Origin: Macrostomum lignano
Lineage: Eukaryota
DNA length: 64,000 bases
Assembly (NCBI GenBank): GCA_002269645.1
Contig: NIVC01000037.1
Location: 124,001-188,000 of the forward strand
Direction of reading: 5' to 3'
Shown: piece after piece, positions 12,313-23,943 of the stretch
Position numbering within the stretch: position 1 is the first letter of the stretch
How the letters are laid out: every line of letters starts with the position of its first letter
Translations under genes and position numbers: made by a program
The notes under the pieces: model-generated
What the model saw: only the letters and a program-made list of their open reading frames with translations
The model's database searches: none
What the model was told of the DNA's origin: nothing

Positions 12313-13899
12313 TCACAAAACTGGCACTGCCGCGTAAAGTACAACAACAAGAAGCAGCAATGGTGGCAGGCTCAGCTGCAGACTCTGTCGGCCAGCCGAA
12401 GAGCTCGCCGCCTTGACGCCGTCGCGAATGCTGAGCCGTCGGCCGTAGGAGCTCTGCGGTCCGACCGTCAGCGAGGCCGAATGCCGCGTCGCCGGCTCTG
12501 CAGCGACGTCGATGCTTGTCGGCGACAGCGGCGGCGGCGGCGGCGCCCGGTTCGGACAGGCGGCCTCGGCCGGACAGGCCCGCCGCCCCGTCAAGCACAG
12601 CCTGGCCGCAGCCCGGCCGCAGTCTTCCGGTGGACCCCCGTCGGCCGCTCTGCTGCTGCTGTCGTAGGCCACGTACCGCGGCGCGAATCCGTACAGCTCC
12701 GACCAGCCGCTGACGCCAGCGAAGCCGGCGCTGTCGCCGCTGCTGTTGGCTGCCGCGGCAATGAGTTGTGCCGCCTGGCAGTCGTAGGGGAAGCGGCTGC
12801 CGGTCAGGTTGAGTCCGCGCAGGCTGCGCACCCGGCCGAGGGCGCACAGGTCCAGCCTGGGCAGCCAGTTGTCGCGCAGGTACAGGGCCACCAGGCCGCT
12901 GCCGGCCGCGCCGCTGTCCGACTCGTCAGCCTCCGAGGCGGAGAGGCCGCAGAAGGCGTAGGGCCGGATGTCCAGGCCGGGCCGCAGGCCGCCCAGGTCC
13001 AGGATGATGAGCCGGCGGAGACCGTAGAAAGCGAAGTTGGTCAGGCGGGAGATGTTGTTGCGCTGCAGGTAGAGGTGCGTCAGGCCCGTCAGGCGGCGCA
13101 GGTCAGGTGGCACCTCATTCAGTTGGTTGTCGCTCAGGTAGAGCCGGGCGAGAGCGGGCGTGTCTCTGAGGATGTGATTGTTTAATTATGATCCCCGATT
13201 CTGCGTCAGAGTCTTCCTTCACACTTGTCAGTCCCTCCCAGTCCCTCCCAGTCCCTTCCAGTCCCTCCCAGTCCCTCCCAGTCCCTCCCAGTCTCTCCCA
13301 GTCCCTCCCAGTCCCTCCCAGTCTCTCCCAGTCCTTCCCAGTCCCTCCCAGTCCCTTCCAGTCCCTCCCAGTCCTTCCCAGTCCCTCCTAGTCCCTCCCA
13401 ATCTCTCCCAGTCCCTCCCAGTCCCTCCCAGTCTCTCCCAGTCCCTCCCAGTCTCTCCCAGTCCCTCCCAGTCTCTCCCAGTTCCTCCCAGTCTCTCCCA
13501 GTCCCTCCCAGTCTAACCCAGCCACCCGCACCTGAACAGTCCAGTCTGCAGAGTCTTGAGCCTGTTCCCGTAGAGCACCAGCTCGCGCAGGCCCACCAGA
13601 CCGTCCAGATCCCGATGGCCCAGGCTGGTCAGCAGGTTATTGGACAGGTTCAGCGTCTCAATGCCGTGCAGGCCTCTGAAAGCGCCCGGTTCCAGGCTCC
13701 TGACTAGCGAGCCGGTGACCTCGACCCTGCTGAGCTTGAGCAGGCCCCAGTCGTAGCGCAGGCTGAGCTGCAGCATGGCTTGGCCCCGGATTCGTAGCTC
13801 ATGATAGCTGAATTGCCACCTGGTCTCTCGCTGATTAGCCAACGGGGCGAAGTACGGCACCTTGGTTAGGTAGTGCATGACTGATGGCTGGGCCAGATG

Positions 13900-13933
<34 letters not shown>

Positions 13934-14061
13934 ACGCACTTAATCCGCTGATCTGTGCATCGGCAAGGCAGCCTGACTGCGCAGGGCGGCTTAGCCAGCA
14001 CTAGGGCCAGCACCTGGAGTGTCGTCAGCACCTGCACTATTAGCACCGGTGATCGGGGCAT
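12313..14061 (-). CDS. Secreted, putatively GPI-anchored leucine-rich-repeat protein, 2 exons, ~460 aa
   Basis: Exons 14061-13532 (AG|GTGCGG, phase 2) and 13165-12313 (CCTCAG|A) join as GLFR|DTPALARLYLSDNQL. It has an N-terminal signal peptide, a Cys cap (CAVRLPCRC), several LxxLxLxxN repeats, and ends SSSAG...LPPLLLLVVVLYAAVPVL* with no cytoplasmic tail. Confidence 0.88.
13228..13513. repeat. 10-bp repeat (GTCCCTCCCA) in the LRR gene intron
   Basis: About 28 tandem units. Confidence 0.95.
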
Positions 14062-14992
14062 GTCTTCAAATTACAAGCGATACAAGAGTTTCTAAGTCAT
14101 TCATTCTATTAAGAGCAGCCCAATTCTTGAGGCTTATAAATTTCAACTTAACCACGGGAACTTCCAGTTAGCGTGCAGACGGGGGCCGTGTCCAATTAGA
14201 GGCCAGGCGGCTCGCCATTGGCTGAGGCCGCTGCTGATAAGAATTTTGCGATAATCGAATTGGAATATAAGCTGTTCCAGTCAGGGAGATCTCCGATCTA
14301 GATTCTGGATTGGAAACTAATCAACTTGATTGGCTTTGTTGTCTTTGGCCTGCTGCAGCGAAAGGGGAATGACCATAGACAAATTTCATTCTCTTTATTC
14401 TTCATCTCTTGCTGAAAAGTGAAAAGTAGTCAGCTACAGGCCGTTAGTCCAAGTTCTAGGTCCAGAACTCCTTGGTTCTATTTAGCTCTTGCCAACCCGA
14501 AAGGAAGTCTTTCTCACGGCAATGCCGCATGCCTCCCACAGCGAATGGCATTTTCCCACAGTCATTCCTCCAACAAAGACCGGGAACCCGGGGGGGGGGG
14601 GGGCTGCTGGCTTGGCCTCGTCGCTTTCGGGACAAAAACTGGGCATACCAAGGTATTTGGAAGAAGCTGTAGTTGAAACTGTAGATGGCTTCCGACAGCA
14701 CGGGGTGGAGGGCTCACATAACATATTCTCGCACCCAATGCTCTCGCTTTGCTATTCCAAATCTAGCAAGTGAAAGCTCTCGGGTCACGGGTCGGGGCAA
14801 GGCACGGTGAGTCAACTTTGCTTAGCGCTAAGGCCTAAGGGGCAATTAGGTCTTTGTTTTTTTCAAGAATTTCGGTAGGCCAAGACCCTGGGACGTTGGT
14901 AGATTTCTGTAGAAGAAATGCCCTGACCCCCTGCTGCTGGTAAAAGCTGGCAAACTTTATAGTGAAATAAATTATTTTCCCCAAGGCCAGAT

Positions 14993-15177
14993 TAGAGGAA
15001 AGAAGGAAGGAATAGAGCAGAGAGAAGTGTAGAGATGAGATAAGAAAGAACATGAGAGGAGGAGAGAGAAGAGAGCTGAGAAGAGACCTTGAGCGGACCG
15101 GATTGCTATTGTGAAGTTTTAAAAGGACCCGTGGGCCGGATAGAGAGGCTTGGCGGGCCGGTGTTTGCCGATCCCTG
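14993..15177 (-). mobile_element. CAGGG-headed element with TC-rich tail, copy A (hAT-like terminus)
   Basis: The minus strand reads CAGGGATCGGCAAACACCGGCCCG...CCTCTCTATCCGGCCCACGGGTCCTTTTAAAACTTCACAATAGCAATCCGGTCCGCTCAAGGTCTCTTCTCAG. It is homologous to 21425 and 54432. Confidence 0.7.
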
Positions 15178-15328
15178 GGATAGCCAGTATCACCTGTATG
15201 AGGCATATACATGTATGTATGACTCTCCGAAATATGGATTCTTTAGGACACTCATTACGACCTTCTTAACGTGACAATCGTACGTGTAATTATGACCCTT
15301 CGTATGTAATTCCCTGTGCGATCACAAT

Positions 15329-15760
15329 CATGACCCTCACAAGTACAACCTTCCCATCCATGACCTTCCCATCTATGATCCTCCGATCTATGACCCTTAA
15401 ATCTATGACCCTACAATATATGAACCTCCAGTCTATGACCCTCCCATCTATGACCATCCTATCTATGACCTTTCTATCTATGACTCTTCACTCTGACTCT
15501 CCAATTTATGACCTCCAATCTAGCTCACATGACCCTCCCATCTATGACCCTCCAATCTATGAACCTCCCATATGACCCTCCAATCTATGAACCTCCTATA
15601 TGACCCTCCCACCTGTGACCCTTCTATCTATGACCATCCCATCTATGACCCTCCCATCTATGACCCTCCAATTGATGACCCTCCCTTACATGACCCTCCA
15701 ATCTATGGCCCCGAATTTATGACCCTTCCGTCAATGACCCCAATCAATGACGTCCCATTA
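15329..15760. repeat. 15-bp degenerate minisatellite (ATGACCCTCCCATCT)
   Basis: Tandem units with graded divergence at both edges. Confidence 0.9.
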
Positions 15761-16125
15761 GCAACGACCCTCCGATACGAATCCTAGAAGTCAGCGCAGC
15801 CATAAAAGCACTCTATGACCAGCTTTTATTTCTAAAAAGCAACTTTTAAATGATCGGAAAAATTCATCGAAATTTGCAATGATTGGTCAGCAATTGTTTA
15901 CCATGGTAATAATTCAATCGGATTTACCCTTCTGGCAGGGAGTTCGGCTTGTACTTCAGATTGAGGAAAGCTGCCCAACAAGCTTAATAAATTGGAGCAA
16001 TGAGTTGAGCAGCTTGGTTAAAGTACAGTATAAGCCCTTGGCCAAGTTAGGTAGGTTATCTGTGAAGTGTGTTTGGAAACAGTGCAAGATGCGGGCCTGT
16101 CTGGAGACTGGCTGGTTATCCAGTG

Positions 16126-16607
16126 CCAAATGGCAGCCGTGATTATTCCAAATGGCAGTCCCTGCTAGTTCCAAATGGCAGTCCCTGCTAGTTACAAATG
16201 GCAGTCCCTTCTAGTTCCAAATGGCAGTCCCTGCTAGTTCCAAATGGCAGTCCCTGCTAGATACAAATGGCAGTCCCTGCTAGTTCCAAATGGCAGTCCC
16301 TGCTAGTTACAAATGGCAGTCCCTTCTAGTTCCAAATGGCAGTCCCTGCTAGTTCCAAATGGCAGTCCCTGCTAGATACAAATGGCAGTCCCTGTTAGTT
16401 ACAAATGCCAGTCCCTGCTTGTTCCAAATGGCAGTCCCTGCTTGTTCCAAATAGCAGTCCTGCTAGATACAAATGGCAGTCCTGCTAGATACAAATGGCA
16501 GTCCTGCTAGATACAAATGGCAGTCCTGCTAGATACAAATGGCAGTCCTGCTAGATACAAATGGCAGTCCTGCTAGATACAAATGGCAGTCCTGCTAGAT
16601 ACAAATC
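16126..16607. repeat. 22/23-bp minisatellite (CCAAATGGCAGTCCCTGCTAGTT)
   Basis: About 20 units. The right part is a homogenised 22-bp variant. Confidence 0.95.
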
Positions 16608-17529
16608 CAACCTGAAAAAACTGCATTGTCTGTGCTAAGCTTAAGTTAAGCTGAGTTGCTGAGGGATAATAATTATAATTTGAGTCGTTCTACTCAAAGC
16701 GCATGAGCTATTATTCGAAGTGCCCGCAAGCAGGGCTCAAAGCAGCAGTTTGTTCACCTGATTGCGGCTTTGAAAGCGAACTCTTCGCTTATTAAGCTGG
16801 CTGATGCAGTGCCAGATACATGTATGCAGCCCAAGCTAATCAAGGGGAGACACGCTGACATGTTCTCCTGATCTTAGGGGATAAAGCCACAAGGGAAAAT
16901 GCACAGGAGATGGACAGAGACACGCCCTGCTGCGGCTCAGGACAGTCAGAAAGGTCGTATCTGGGATCGGATGGCCTTGCCTCTTCCTTTCTGAACTCCC
17001 CACACCTGTCGCGAGGACAGGTTGAGCTCTCTTTGATTCTTCATTTGTGGAGATGCCTTTAGCATAGTAACTAGGGTCGGGGTTTGAGCCCCAGGCTCCC
17101 CTTAACCCTTCATCTTTGCTCACCCAAACCAAGGCCCTGTGCAATCTGTATCATTCCGCCTAATTTGCTCGGCGAGATTCTGAACTAGCTGATGAGGTCA
17201 GATTAAAATGATCGGGCAATTGGATAGAAGCAGAAATGCTCGAATACTCGAAGTTTTCGGATTGCCAAAAACCTATTTTTGAGCTAAGCAGCGATTGGGG
17301 GTCGACTTAGCTTGGGGTCAGTGTTGTGTCGCCAAGACTTGAGGTTTCCAGTTGTAGTTGAAAGTTAAAGTGCCAGGTCCAAGGAGACAACCTGCATCAC
17401 TTCTAGAGTAGAGACAGCCTCAATAAATTCTGGAGGGAATGACAGCCTCAATGCGAGCGTAAACTGATGTACAGAGCTTCCGATATGGACAGTTTAGCAT
17501 AGTGCTCCGTGCGATTCTCGTGCGGAAAA

Positions 17530-18001
17530 GCTACATGGCTGAAAGAAGGACAACCTACAGGGCCGAGGGAAGGACAACCTACATGGCCGAGGGAAGGACA
17601 ACCTACATGGCCGAGGGAAGGAAAACCTACATGGCCGAGGGAAGGACAACCTACATGGCCGAGGGAAGGACAACCTACATGGCCGAGGGAAGGACAACTT
17701 ACATGGCCGAGGGAGGACAACCTACATGGCCGAGGGAAGGACAACCTAAAAGGCCAAAGGGAAGGACAACCTACATGGCCGAGGGAAGGACAACGTACAT
17801 GGCCGAGGGATAGACAACGTACATGGCCGAGGGAAGGACAGCCTACATGGCCGGAGGAAGGACAACCTACATGACCGGAAGGACAGCCTACATGGCCGGA
17901 GGAAGGACAACCTACATGACCGGAAGAAGGAGAACGAGGGAAGGACAACCTACATGACCGGAAGAAGGAGAACGTATATGGCCGAGGGAAGGACAACCTA
18001 C
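17530..18001. repeat. 24-bp minisatellite (GGCCGAGGGAAGGACAACCTACAT)
   Basis: Tandem units visible directly. Confidence 0.95.
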
Positions 18002-18718
18002 ACACGTGTCCCATGCGGTAGATCCACTAACTCCCTGCCCAGCAACATCAGCGCAAGCGAATCCCCGCGGCAAATAAAATAATCAGATCCCCGATATTTT
18101 CAGTCGCCGGGCTGCTTGAGGGTTTACGAGGAGGGTGATGGATTATGAGTAGTGGAGACGGGCCCGATAAGAAAGACGCCAGCGGGTCGGTAGCCTTATC
18201 AAGATGGGCGCAGACTGCTGGGCCGTTGTGGTTCTTGTCTCTAAAGAACAAGCCCAGCCCTGCAACCCGACAAGCCGACGTGAAGCGCCCTAAAAAACCC
18301 TCCCTTGGCAAGAGGGGTGACTTGCCGCATCAATTGCCCCAGACTCTGATTCACGGGGTGCGGCGGGCGCCGGTCTTTAGTCTAGCAGCTCCCCGTAACT
18401 GATAGCAGGTTTACGTTTCTGATTTTTAATAGGGGGGGGGGGTTGACTCCGGGATACAGTTGAAGCCCTTCAGGGTTCACAAGCATGCATTGGGCGCGCG
18501 TACTTTGTTTGACGCACAAAGAGGGGCACCAATTAAGGGGCTGTCTGCTTCAGCGGGAAGAATTATTCTAGTAGCTATATCTGGTTGCCATAGCGACACA
18601 CTGTGATTAGTAATCCGCACTGCCTCTTCCAAATCAGGCCTGGTGAATCTGCCTTCTGTTTCCTGCATTCGCTTTCTTTCCTAGAAAAGAATTTCCAATT
18701 GCCCATTTTAACTCCTGA

Positions 18719-19481
18719 GTTCCCCATTCCCCATTGCAGTTCCCCATTCCCCATTGCAGTTCCCCATTCCCAATTGCAGTTCCCCATTCCCAATTGCAGT
18801 TCCCCATTCCCCATTGCAGTTCCCCATTCCCCATTGCAGTTCCCCATTCCCAATTGCAGTTCCCCATTCCCATTGCAGTTCCCCATTCCCCATTGCAGTT
18901 CCCCATTCCCCATTGCAGTTCCCCATTCCCAATTGCAGTTCCCCATTCCCAATTGCAGTTCCCCATTCCCAATTGCAGTTCCCCATTCCCAATTGCAGTT
19001 TCCCATTCCCCATTGCAGTTTCCCATTCCCAATTGCAGTTCCCCATTCCCAATTGCAGTTCCCCATTCCCAATTGCAGTTTCCCATTCCCCATTGCAGTT
19101 TCCCATTCCCAATTGCAGTTCCCCATTCCCAATTGCAGTTCCCCATTCCCCATTGCAGTTCCCCATTCCCCATTGCAGTTCCCCATTCCCCATTGCAGTT
19201 CCCCATTCCCAATTGCAGTTTCCCATTCCCAATTGCAGTTTCCCATTCCCAATTGCAGTTTCCCATTCCCAATTGCAGTTCCCCATTCCCCATTGCAGTT
19301 CCCCATTCCCAATTGCAGTTCCCCATTCCCCATTGCAGTTCCCCATTCCCAATTGCAGTTCCCCATTCCCAATTGCAGTTCCCCATTCCCCATTGCAGTT
19401 TCCCATTCCCAATTGCAGCTCCCCATTCCCAATTGCAGTTCCCCATTCCCCATTGCAGTTTCCCAGAGCCCATTCCCATTC
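18719..19481. repeat. 20-bp minisatellite (TTCCCCATTCCCMATTGCAG)
   Basis: Period 20, about 37 units. Confidence 0.97.
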
Positions 19482-19908
19482 CCAATCTTCCCGATTCTGA
19501 ATTTCCCAAAAACAGAAATTGACGCACAAATGCTGCCAAGGACTGCTAGACAGCATCAATACTATATACTACTATCTAGAAGTCCTTGGCTGCTGCTGTT
19601 TCCCAAATTCCAGACAGTTTTATGAGGCTTCAGTCCGTCAGTCTGTCTGCCTGTTTTTCCTTTTTGTTAGCCGCCTTTTTTATCAGTGAAATCTGCCGCT
19701 TTCAGTGGACGCTCGCCCAGACAGTTGGGCTGGTGGGCTGCCCGTCTCCTTGCCTGTGAGCTTTATTTTAGTGTGGGCGATCTCCAAGTCGCCAAGGAGC
19801 TCTGGAAGCAGCTATCTGGAGTGAGGACTGGACTGACCCGGGGTCCCCTGACTCGCTTCATAAGACCTGGGGCGACCAAAGGTTTAGAATTTCAAATTGA
19901 CAAACAGC

Positions 19909-20533
19909 TGATAGAAGGCTGACAGAGAGAGCTGACAGACAGCTAGTTGGCAGACAGAGCTGACAGACAGACCTGTCACCTGACAGACAGAGCTGACAGA
20001 CGGTTGACAGACAGCTGACAGACAGAGCTGACAGACAGAGCTGACAGACGGTTGACAGACAGCTGACAGACAGAGCTGACAGACAGAGCTGACAGACAGA
20101 GCTGACAGACAGAGCTGACAGACAGAGCTGACAGACAGAGCTGACAGACAGAGCTGACAGACAGAGCTGACAGACAGAGCTGACAGACAGCTGACAGACA
20201 GAGCTGACAGACAGCTGACAGACAGCTGACAGACAGAGCTGACAGACAGAGCTGACAGACGGCTGACAGACAGAGCTGACAGACAGCTGACAGACAGCGC
20301 TGACAGACAGAGCTGACAGGCGGCTGACAGACAGAGCTGACAGACAGAGCTGACAGACGGCTGACAGACAGAGCTGACAGACAGAGCTGACAGACGGCTG
20401 ACAGATAGAGCTGACAGACAGAGCTGACAGACAGAGCTGACAGACAGAGCTGACAGACAGAGCTGACAGACAGAGCTGACAGACAGACCTGACAGATAGA
20501 GCTGACAGACAGAGCTGACAAACGTCTGACAGA
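19909..20533. repeat. 13/11-bp minisatellite (GACAGACAGAGCT)
   Basis: Tandem units visible directly. Confidence 0.95.
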
Positions 20534-21424
20534 GTCCTCGCGGAGCTCGGGTACATGGACTAGTTTATAGACTGGAAACCCTAGCTGCTGCTCCTAAGTT
20601 CCATAATTGGGGTCCATGGCCTGGGCTAACCCGATCCCTATCACGCTCCGTGGGCAACTGAAACGATCGGGAACGCACGCTGCCGCGGTGTCTGGTTGCC
20701 TGGCGGGAGGCTCGGCTTTACGCTGGCGCCGTTGCTTTTTTGTGTCGCTTTGCAATGTGAGGCACAAAATAGTGTGATTAGAACTTTCTCTGACACTGCT
20801 AAGAGACTCAATCACTGTTTTAGTGTTGAAAATCGTGAAGTTTCCTATCTCCGCAGTGTATTTTTCCGGTTAAACCTGCCTTTAAAACTATTTCTGAACG
20901 AAAAGCTTTATGAATATCGATAGAGCAATAAAGAAGGCACAACATATCAAAAGATGAACACTGGATCTGCCTCCTATCGAAAGCAATAACAATTTTTGTG
21001 CTGAAAAAATTAAAACCTCTTATCTCTGTAGTGTATTTTTCGGCGAAAAGTTGCCTTCAAAACATTTACCATAGATTTCGAGTGTAGCGTCCTATATATA
21101 CGAGTTATGTTACTGGAGTAGTCCTTGGTGCTACATCATTGGAGAATTGGCTAATAACTGATATAGGCTCCCGTTGAAAACGATACCGTGACATGCACAT
21201 GAATCGCTAAGAGTCATTGCAAACAGCTCACTAGTGACTTTAGTGACTCTGGGCGACTGCTGCGACAAAGAGGCGACTGTTGCGTCACAAGCGCATCACT
21301 TGAGTCGCAGAATCGTAAAAGAGTCGCGAATGAGTCGTCCAATAATCGTTTTGTTGGCGCTTAACTTTCTACTAACTCATTAGGCTAGTTAGAGTATTTA
21401 AATAACAACTCGGTGACCCTAGAG

Positions 21425-22112
21425 CAGGGTAGGCTTGAAACTCCGGCCCGTGGGCCACATGCGGCCCTCAAAACCTCTCTATGCGGCCCATCGGGTCCTT
21501 TGAAACTTCACAATGTCAATCCAGCCCGCTCAAGATTTGTCTCTTCTCAGCTCTCTTCGATCTCTAATCTCCTTTCTCCTCTCTCTTTTTCTTCTTTTCT
21601 CTCCTCTCCTTTCCTCTCCTCTCTTCTTGTCTCCCTTCTCTCCTCTTCTCTTCTCTCCTTGATCCCTTCCTCTCCTCTCTTCTTGTCTCCCTTCTCTCCT
21701 CTTCTCTTCTCTCCTTGATCCCTTCTTCTCCTATCTTCTTGTCTCCCTTCTCTCCTCTTCTCTTCTCTCCTTGATCCCTTCCTCTCCTCTCTTCTTGTCT
21801 CCCTTCTCTCCTCTTCGCTTCTCTCCTTGATCCCTTCCTCTCCTCTCTTCTTGTCTCCCTTCTCTCCTCTTCTCTTCTCTCCTTGATCCCTTCCTCTCCT
21901 CTCTTCTTGTCTCCCTTCTCTCCTCTTCTCTTCTCTCCTTGATCCCTTCCTCTCCTCTCTTCTTGTCTCCCTTCTCTCCTCTTCTCTTCTCTCCCCTCCC
22001 TTCTCTTATTTCATCCATCCTCTCCTCTCGTCCGTCTCCTCTCCTTTATTCCCTCACCTCTACTTTGTCCTATCTCTCTTCTCTTATCTATTCCCTATTC
22101 TCTCCCCCATCC
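21425..22112 (+). mobile_element. CAGGG-headed element with TC-rich tail, copy B; tail organised as a 56-bp tandem unit
   Basis: Head CAGGGTAGGCTTGAAACTCCGGCCCGTGGGCCACATGCGGCCC...GGGTCCTTTGAAACTTCACAATGTCAATCCAGCCCGCTCAAG, followed by a TC-rich tail with GATC at 21661, 21717 and 21773 (period 56). Confidence 0.72.
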
Positions 22113-22509
22113 ACTGGCCCGCAGTCTGCGCTAGTTTCTTTAGAGTCATTTTAGAGTCGCAGACAATAAATACGCTTCAAAGTGACTCTTGGGCGAGTCT
22201 TTTTGGCGACTTTTACCGTGACATATCTTAGTTTTTGATTCATTTAAAGTCACATCTATTTTGCCTTAACTGTGTCATCTGCAAATCCAAGAACTGACAA
22301 CTCTGAAACGACTCTGGGGCGACACAGACTCAGCACTTGAGCAGCACGGGGAAGGCATCACTGCTGGGAGAAATCAAGCCGTTGTTCAAAACATTTTTCA
22401 AGGCAGCGGGTGAGCAAGGGATACGAGAGCTGTTGGCAGCTCGGAGCGGCCAGTCAGGGAGTAAAATGAATGCGCTTGCGCTCGGAATGGAACCAGGGGT
22501 CGCGGCGCG

Positions 22510-23037
22510 AGACTCAAACTGCAACTACGAGAGTCAGACTGCAACTACGAGAGTCAGACTGCAACTACGAGAGTCAGACTGCAACTACGAGAGTCAGACT
22601 GCAACTACGAGAGTCAAACTGCAACTACGAGAGTCAAACTGCAACTACGAGAGTCAGACTGCAACTACGAGAGTCAGACTGCAACTACGAGAGTCAGACT
22701 GCAACTACGAGAGTCAGACTGCAACTACGAGAGTCAGACTGCAACTACGAGAGTCAGACTGCAACTACGAGAGTCAGACTGCAACTACGAGAGTCAGACT
22801 GCAATTACGAGAGTCAGACTGCAACTACGAGAGTCAGACTGCAACTACGAGAGTCAGACTGCAACTACGAGAGTCAGACTGCAACTACGAGAGTCAGACT
22901 GCAACTACGAGAGTCAGACTGCAACTACGAGAGTCAGACTGCAATTACGAGAGTCAGACTGCAACTACGAGAGTCAGACTGCAACTACGAGAGTCAGACT
23001 GCAACTACGAGAGTCAGACTGCAACTACGAGAGTCAG
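22510..23037. repeat. 20-bp minisatellite (GAGTCAGACTGCAACTACGA)
   Basis: About 26 nearly identical units. Confidence 0.97.
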
Positions 23038-23426
23038 CTGCTCTGCCCCCCCCGTCCCGAGTCCCGAAAAGGTAAAAAAACTTTATTTTAAAGGCTGAAT
23101 CATAGGTCGCCAAGTTTTAATTATTCCATTATCTTTCGCGGAATTATTTGTACGTTCTTAAATCAGAGTAACAATTGGTTAGTTAGTTAGTAAGACTTAG
23201 TTAATTTAGCAATATCTAGTACTTATGATTTCGAGGTATATCAGTTTAAATATATGCCAGTCACAGCATAATATAACAAAATAACAGTTTTAAAGACAAC
23301 ACTATAAGTTCAGAGGGGTTTGTCAATTGATTAAAACGATTTGATTAACTGTTTCGATGCAAATCAATAAGTAAGCTGCATGCCTATAAATTACCAATGC
23401 GTTCAATGCGGGCGCTGGCTTGCAAT

Positions 23427-23793
23427 AGACTGAAGGAGAGGGGGCAGACTGACTGAGGGAGAGGGGGCAGACTGACTGAGGGAGAGGGGGCAGACTGACT
23501 GAGGGAGAGGGGGCAGACTGACTGAGGGAGAGGGGGCAGACTGACTGAGGGAGAGGGGCAGACTGACTGAGGGAGAGGGGCAGACTGATTGAGGGAGAGG
23601 GGGCAGACTGACTGAGGGAGAGGGGCAGACTGACTGAGGGAGAGGGGGCAGACTGACTGAGGGAGAGGGGGCAGACTGACTGAGGGAGAGGGGCAGACTG
23701 ACTGAGGGAGAGGGGGCAGACTGACTGAGGGAGAGGGGGCAGACTGACTGAGGGAGAGGGGGCAGACTGACTGAGGGAGAGGGGGCAGACTGA
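23427..23793. repeat. 22/23-bp minisatellite (GGGAGAGGGGGCAGACTGACTGA) just 3' of the aminopeptidase stop
   Basis: Tandem units visible directly. Confidence 0.95.
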
Positions 23794-23943
23794 TCTATAA
23801 TATTAAGCGCAGTATCGGTATAAACTTTCCGTTTAATTAATATTTTGTTAAAACGAATCGGAGAAGCAAAGCAAGACAGGCATCCGGCGGTCGTGCGGAG
23901 GCTCAGAAAAAGTTGATGCAATAAAATATTTGCAAAATTTCTT

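Noticed and set aside
14419-21000. Short ORFs (60-125 aa) in the unique spacers between arrays
   Set aside because: No motifs, no coding-type composition and no consistent splice chain.
21184-22224. 11-bp direct repeat TACCGTGACAT flanking CAGGG element copy B as a TSD
   Set aside because: The repeats lie ~230 and ~100 bp from the element ends, inside a GAGTC/GACTC-rich degenerate repeat. More likely part of an older host repeat.
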